Shown here in pieces: positions 52,174 through 56,964 of a DNA stretch of 56,964 nucleotides. How positions within the stretch are numbered: position 1 is the first letter of the stretch; every line of letters begins with the position of its first letter. Below the pieces are notes generated by a model, which worked only from the letters and a program-made list of their open reading frames with translations, was not told where the DNA came from and made no database searches. The translations under genes were made by a program, and so were the position numbers. The stretch spans positions 1 through 56,964 of the forward strand of contig JAHDBB010000001.1 in the NCBI GenBank assembly GCA_020630635.1, in the 5' to 3' direction. The DNA is from Chitinophagales bacterium (GTDB taxonomy: Bacteria; Bacteroidota; Bacteroidia; Chitinophagales; UBA2359).

Positions 52174-52437
52174 TGTTACTTTTGTTAAAATGTTAACTTT
52201 AGGGAATAACTAACTGAATATCAAAAGGTTATCCTGTTACATTTTGTTGTAACAATTTCAATATGTAACGTTACATTTTATATTTTCAAGCAAATCGCAC
52301 AAACATTAAAACAAATCCCAATAAGACAATTTTGTTACAACTGTTAAACTTGTTACTTACATTAAATTTAATTACCTATATTTCTCATTGTCTATTATCT
52401 ATTTATATTGTTTATTAACAAAAGTAACATTGTAACA
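52174..52437. repeat. TGTTAC/GTAACA iteron field (putative origin), copy 2
   Basis: Identical to 23782-24045. Confidence 0.55.
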
Positions 52438-52525
52438 AAAAAAATAGGACACACAAAACATTGAAATAAGCGTTTTTTTAAAAAGGGAATGCCTTTTGGC
52501 TATTTTTTTGGCTGTTTTGGGGCAT

Positions 52526-52562
52526 AAAAAAAGGCAGCAAGTGGTTTCTTGCTGCCTTTTTT
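52526..52562. terminator. Bidirectional terminator, copy 2
   Basis: Identical to 24134-24170. Confidence 0.8.
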
Positions 52563-52619
52563 AGTAAAATTTTGAATTTTGGTTTTGTTTAATATGTTAT
52601 TACATGTCAAAAACCAAAT

Positions 52620-53075
52620 TTATTCCATGTCAAAAACCAAATATTCTGATCCATTCATCTTTCTTCTTAATAGCTGGTGTTTTGGCTTGCACATGATGGT
52701 ACCGTAGTTGATGGAATCTTTGTCGTCACAAAATAAAATTTGTTTTGACTGCGGAACTGTGCTTTGTTTTCCTTTTTCAAGGACATTAATTGTCATTTCA
52801 TTGTTGTTCCAGGTGACAGCATTTTGAGAGTTAAAAGGTATTTGGATAATAGCTCCTTTAGCTAGTATCCACACAGTTTGATTTTGCTTTTGTATGAGTC
52901 CGATATTGTTCTCCTGGAGTAACTTCAATCCAGATTCTTTGATTGAAATCATTTCCATGATTTGTAATGCTTTTAGTTTTTTATCTTGCATGGTTGTTCG
53001 TTTTTTAGGCTTTAAAAATGTTTCGTCTGTCGCTATTATAAGATGGCTGTAATACGGTGGTTTTGATTCGTTCAT
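52620..53075 (-). CDS. Hypothetical protein (151 aa), copy 2
   Basis: Identical translation to 24228-24683. Confidence 0.6.
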   Translation of the reverse strand: MNESKPPYYSHLIIATDETFLKPKKRTTMQDKKLKALQIMEMISIKESGLKLLQENNIGLIQKQNQTVWILAKGAIIQIPFNSQNAVTWNNNEMTINVLEKGKQSTVPQSKQILFCDDKDSINYGTIMCKPKHQLLRRKMNGSEYLVFDME

Positions 53076-53090
53076 GATAATGATAATGTT

Positions 53091-53423
53091 TTATTGGTTA
53101 TTTACTTTTCTTAGCTCCTCTAATTCTTTGTTTAGACTCGCACTTTCGTCACTTAATTGCATTAAGTAAGTTTCAATCTGATCTAGGTTGGAATCAACAT
53201 ATCTATTGAAATTTTTAATGGAGTCATCTGTTCGATGGCAAAACTTAACATGATGAAGGACTTTCTTTTCCTTCTTATGTTTGATATTTACCTCTATCTC
53301 TACATGATGGGAACGGTCATCATCAAGGGTGTCAACTTTGGCTGTTTTCATTAGCTCATAAGTATTATAAGCCCTATCGTAGAGATGATTGTTTGTTTTG
53401 ATTTTTTTTAGAATTTCTTCCAT
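53091..53423 (-). CDS. Hypothetical protein (110 aa), copy 2
   Basis: Identical translation to 24699-25031. Confidence 0.6.
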   Translation of the reverse strand: MEEILKKIKTNNHLYDRAYNTYELMKTAKVDTLDDDRSHHVEIEVNIKHKKEKKVLHHVKFCHRTDDSIKNFNRYVDSNLDQIETYLMQLSDESASLNKELEELRKVNNQ

Positions 53424-53441
53424 TAGTGTTTCTTTTTATGT

Positions 53442-56018
53442 TTAGAAATATTCTTTCCAGTCCTCACTTTTAAAGTGTATTCCTCTGCCTACTGCCTCCT
53501 TAAATTCAATGTCATCTGTATTGAACTCTTTTTTGTACTGGTCTTTTTCTAAATAATAATTACTCTTCCATCCTATTGGCCATTTACAACGACGCACCTT
53601 ACCAGCTTTCAATAAAAGGTTTTTGTAGAGCCAGTTTTTAACGCCTACATTGTCTAATCTTCTCATTTGACTCCCTTCATTGATTTCCTCCGTAAGCTGC
53701 TTTAGTGGGATGTAGAAGTTATCAATATTGTATTCTAGGAATATATTAGTAATATAGTTTGTGATTGTTTTTGATGTTCTATCTAGCGTAAATTGTGTGA
53801 TTTTTTTCATCTGATCCGTAATGATATAGTCTTTACGGAACCAAAAGCGTGTTTCTTTTGAATGGAAAATAGGGGAATTGAAGCACCAATGGAGAAAGGC
53901 AGGAATTTCCTTTTGTAATTTTTGCCTAAAATCAGGAATTTCCTTTTCTGCTTTTTTTACTTTGATAATCCAAAATCTTGTATCCGTTGGGTCTATTTTC
54001 ATAAAATCCAATTCGTCATTAGATGCGAATAGAATCCAAGCGAAAAAGTGCAGCCTTTCCCTTTCTATGCCCTTCATATTCAGAAATATAGAGTCATCTG
54101 TAACCATTCTTTTTAGGCGTTCCTTTTGGCTCTTTTTGTCTAGTTTTAGATATGCTTCATCTATACATATAACTAGCTTTGTCGCATAAGTGCCGTTGAA
54201 ATCACTTTCAAGATGCTCATTGCCAATGACACAGGCATTGCCACCAAAGACATCCTTGACAAAATGCAGAAAGGTACTTTTACCAGTTCCTTGTTCCTTG
54301 CTCACTAGACAAGGTACAGGCAAGAAATTGGTTGGGTATTTTAGCTTTATCTTAAAGCAATCCTGGATCATGGTTAATGGGTCTCCTAGTTGTGGTTTGT
54401 TCCAGTTGCTATTTTCGTTACCAAATAAGTGGGTTAGGAAATATTCAATTGTTGGAAATTGTCCTTTTCCTGGTTTCCATTCTAATGGCTGTATGAGGTT
54501 GTAGCTCTTTGTAATTATTGTTCCTTTCTTGACAATGATTTCCTTTTGGTGGTTTTGAAAATCAGGTGCAATTACGAAGTTGTCATATTTGGGGATGAAA
54601 TCAAGGAATCTTGGCAGTCCCTTTTTTACATAGTCGTCAATGATTAAGCCTTTGTTCCATTTCTTCAATTCTGTTTCGCTGCTATTCATCTTGGCATTGA
54701 AAGACAATGTTTGTTTATAATAATTATTAGCAACTCTGATGAATAGCTTTGCTTTATCATATTTAGAAACTGCTTTGGCTTGTTCTTCAGTAACCTTTCC
54801 AACAATTCCTTTTTTGTCAATTTTAAGCAGTTTTGAAATATGGTTAATGTACAAGTCTTGCTTAGTACTAGATTCTATACATTGTAGATAAGAACAGATT
54901 TCGGTCAATTTTCTGTCAGCTTCTACTGGAGATAGTTGAAAAGTAAATTCCTCACACTTCCTAATAATAGCATCTATACTATTGAATTTTTTTATTTCGA
55001 CTCCTGGAGCAAATGCCCAATCACATGGGTCACTTCCATTAACCAATTCAACTACTTTTACATTGAATCCATGTTTTAGCAATATCCTCATGTCTCGTTC
55101 CGTTGCTTTGGCTCCTGCTGGGTCGTCATCCCTCCAGATGATAACCGTATCACAATATCTTTTCAATAATTTACATTGATGGTCACTTAGAGCCGTTCCG
55201 CAAGTCGCTACAGCATTAGAAATGCCAATTTGGTCTAGTCCCATCACGTCCGTATAGCCTTCGACTAATAGACATTCATTTGACTTGGCAATGGCTTTCC
55301 TATTCTGGTATAGTCCATATAGTATTCTATCCTTCTTGTAGATCAAGGATTCTTTACTATTGATGTATTTGGGTATTTTTTTATTCTTAGATAATGTGCG
55401 GCCGCCAAATCCTGCCACTTTGCCACTATGGTTGAGGATAGGAAACATTACCCTGTGTTGGAAGTAGGGTTTTATTTTGTCCTCCTTTTCTTTGATTAGG
55501 CTTATTTGTATTGCCGTTTCTTTCTCCCATGCTTTGCCTATTTCTTTGGAGATGTCTACTGAATGCCCTATATGCCATTTATCTAGGGTGTCATCGCTAA
55601 AGCCTCTTTTGTTCATGTATTTATAAGAATCGCTATCTGGTAGCTTATCTTTGCACCTGTCACTATATGCATTGGTTAATGTGTATAGTGAATTAGCTTC
55701 CTTTTTAGTGTCTGTAACTCCGTTTTTCTTTTTGTTATACTTGGGTTGGATTCCGTATTTTTGAGCTAGGTATTCCAAGGACTCCTTATAATTTTTTCCC
55801 TCTTTTTCCATAAGGTATTTAATGGAGTCACCAGAAGCACCGCAGCTATAACACTTATAAGTGTTTGATTCTGTGTATAATACTAGCGACGGGTCTTTGT
55901 CATCATGGAAAGGGCATAGGGCTTTTATCTTATTTCCTTTTTTGTGCAAGGTTAGGAACTCCCCTAATACATCATCAATTAATGATGCATCCTTAATTTC
56001 TTGTTCATTAATAATCAT
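53442..56018 (-). CDS. Primase-helicase fusion, copy 2
   Basis: Identical translation to 25050-27626. Confidence 0.88.
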   Translation of the reverse strand: MIINEQEIKDASLIDDVLGEFLTLHKKGNKIKALCPFHDDKDPSLVLYTESNTYKCYSCGASGDSIKYLMEKEGKNYKESLEYLAQKYGIQPKYNKKKNGVTDTKKEANSLYTLTNAYSDRCKDKLPDSDSYKYMNKRGFSDDTLDKWHIGHSVDISKEIGKAWEKETAIQISLIKEKEDKIKPYFQHRVMFPILNHSGKVAGFGGRTLSKNKKIPKYINSKESLIYKKDRILYGLYQNRKAIAKSNECLLVEGYTDVMGLDQIGISNAVATCGTALSDHQCKLLKRYCDTVIIWRDDDPAGAKATERDMRILLKHGFNVKVVELVNGSDPCDWAFAPGVEIKKFNSIDAIIRKCEEFTFQLSPVEADRKLTEICSYLQCIESSTKQDLYINHISKLLKIDKKGIVGKVTEEQAKAVSKYDKAKLFIRVANNYYKQTLSFNAKMNSSETELKKWNKGLIIDDYVKKGLPRFLDFIPKYDNFVIAPDFQNHQKEIIVKKGTIITKSYNLIQPLEWKPGKGQFPTIEYFLTHLFGNENSNWNKPQLGDPLTMIQDCFKIKLKYPTNFLPVPCLVSKEQGTGKSTFLHFVKDVFGGNACVIGNEHLESDFNGTYATKLVICIDEAYLKLDKKSQKERLKRMVTDDSIFLNMKGIERERLHFFAWILFASNDELDFMKIDPTDTRFWIIKVKKAEKEIPDFRQKLQKEIPAFLHWCFNSPIFHSKETRFWFRKDYIITDQMKKITQFTLDRTSKTITNYITNIFLEYNIDNFYIPLKQLTEEINEGSQMRRLDNVGVKNWLYKNLLLKAGKVRRCKWPIGWKSNYYLEKDQYKKEFNTDDIEFKEAVGRGIHFKSEDWKEYF

Positions 56019-56080
56019 AAAAAAAAAGCTTGAAAAGGGTAACAGAAAGGATTTGTGGACGTATTAAGTATATTTACTAG

Positions 56081-56362
56081 TTATGAATTGATTGGCTCGC
56101 CTTCGTTTACTAAATCCTCATAATCAAGCTTTTTAATCCGCTCTTCGTTAATAATAGACAGTAATTTGTCTATCTCAGCAACGCTAAAATGTCTGCGTGT
56201 ATAAAGCACAGATTGAAGAGATATAGACAGTTCCTGTCTTATTCTATTGTCTAAATTTTGTCTGCCATTTTTACCATACTTGATTTTATATTTGGTTAAC
56301 AGTACTCTAACATGTGTTTTTATTAGCTTTGCTGTGTTTGAAACTGTGGATTTTGAAGTCAT
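56081..56362 (-). CDS. Small basic protein (93 aa), copy 2
   Basis: Identical translation to 27689-27970. Confidence 0.5.
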   Translation of the reverse strand: MTSKSTVSNTAKLIKTHVRVLLTKYKIKYGKNGRQNLDNRIRQELSISLQSVLYTRRHFSVAEIDKLLSIINEERIKKLDYEDLVNEGEPINS

Positions 56363-56383
56363 TTTATTAATTTTGTATTATAG

Positions 56384-56457
56384 TTTGTAAATAAAATTGG
56401 TAAGTTTTTTATAAAGGTAATGTTTTGTAAATAAACTTACAAGTTTTATTGTAAGTT
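56384..56457. promoter_or_regulatory. Candidate operator set, copy 2
   Basis: Identical to 27992-28065. Confidence 0.45.
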
Positions 56458-56488
56458 ATTTTTTATTCGTCTCTAAAAAAACACAACA

Positions 56489-56776
56489 ATGAGTAAAGAT
56501 TTACAAGAAAAAATACATCATGGTAAACTTTTGCAGAAAAAACAAAAGGAATCTGGGTTGAGTCAGGAGAAGTTTGCATCTAAGTATGGTGTAAGTCGTC
56601 AAAGCCTAGTCACTTCATTTAAAAAAGATAAACTTAGACAAATACTTGTAAAAATGAAGGCTCATGGTTTTGATGTGTCTGATTTTGGTCTGGAAGGCTT
56701 TACTGATCATTATGGCAAGCTTGATGAAATTATTGAGCGTTTGGACAGAATTGAGGGGATGCTTGCTAATAAATAA
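56489..56776 (+). CDS. XRE-type HTH protein, copy 2
   Basis: Identical translation to 28097-28384. Confidence 0.6.
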   Translation: MSKDLQEKIHHGKLLQKKQKESGLSQEKFASKYGVSRQSLVTSFKKDKLRQILVKMKAHGFDVSDFGLEGFTDHYGKLDEIIERLDRIEGMLANK

Positions 56777-56790
56777 AGGCTGTTAATATC

Positions 56791-56828
56791 TGTGTCAAAC
56801 TGTGTCAAAAGTGGGATAAGTGTGTCAA
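56791..56828 (+). repeat. Three direct TGTGTCAA repeats, copy 2
   Basis: Identical to 28399-28436. Confidence 0.55.
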
Positions 56829-56909
56829 AATAGCAAACTATTGGTATTAAATCAATTTTGTAAAGATGTGGTTTTTAAAGGTTTATACTTTTAGTTCGTG
56901 TCTATGATT

Positions 56910-56926
56910 ATCCAGTATGATCCACC
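56910..56926. repeat. attR core
   Basis: ATCCAGTATGATCCACC followed by non-element flank CCTCCTCAAATAACATCC. Confidence 0.9.
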
Positions 56927-56964
56927 CCTCCTCAAATAACATCCTGCGATGCTGTCACCATTCC

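Larger units (their letters stand above)
28518..56926. mobile_element. Integrated temperate element, copy 2 (identical tandem copy)
   Basis: All six-frame ORFs of copy 1 recur with identical translation at +28392. Copy 2 ends at the third att core, followed by unrelated flank CCTCCTCAAATAAC. Confidence 0.85.

Noticed and set aside
28518-56926. Second copy considered as a distinct, related prophage (polylysogeny with two different elements)
   Set aside because: All translations in all frames are identical at a constant +28392 offset, and sampled intergenic stretches match. It is the same element duplicated, not a relative.

Overview
The window holds about 125 bp of chromosomal flank with a tRNA-Val(GAC) gene, then two head-to-tail copies of a 28,392-bp integrated element (126-28534 and 28518-56926), then 38 bp of right flank. 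Every ORF in the six-frame track, including spurious frames, recurs with an identical translation at +28392, and my spot checks of intergenic sequence also match. The 17-bp core ATCCAGTATGATCCACC (the tRNA 3' end) occurs three times, as attL at 126, a rebuilt attP-like junction at 28518 and attR at 56910. Each copy encodes a tyrosine integrase, an XRE-type HTH protein, a PadR-like regulator and a DnaG-type primase fused to an SF3 helicase. Each also has an AT-rich iteron field, a small P-loop ATPase and a 13-kb tightly packed minus-strand operon. That operon encodes many small single-pass membrane proteins, two roughly 800-aa cysteine-rich proteins, two signal-peptide proteins and three membrane-anchored cell-wall-enzyme-like proteins. 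One of those three is a clear M15 zinc peptidase. Only three ORFs exceed 400 aa (the primase-helicase and the two Cys-rich proteins), so I see no candidate large terminase, portal, tape measure or tail genes. I read the element as a temperate, probably non-tailed virus-like element; this is a hypothesis, not a demonstrated virus. TAnnTTTG promoter boxes and the absence of Shine-Dalgarno sequences suggest a Bacteroidota-type host. Other notable features are a duplicated, nucleotide-conserved 5' leader with a covarying hairpin and a conserved 23/24-codon uORF in front of two diverged paralogs, attP arm-type repeats, and several repeat arrays. All functional calls come from motif reading by eye; no database search was possible.
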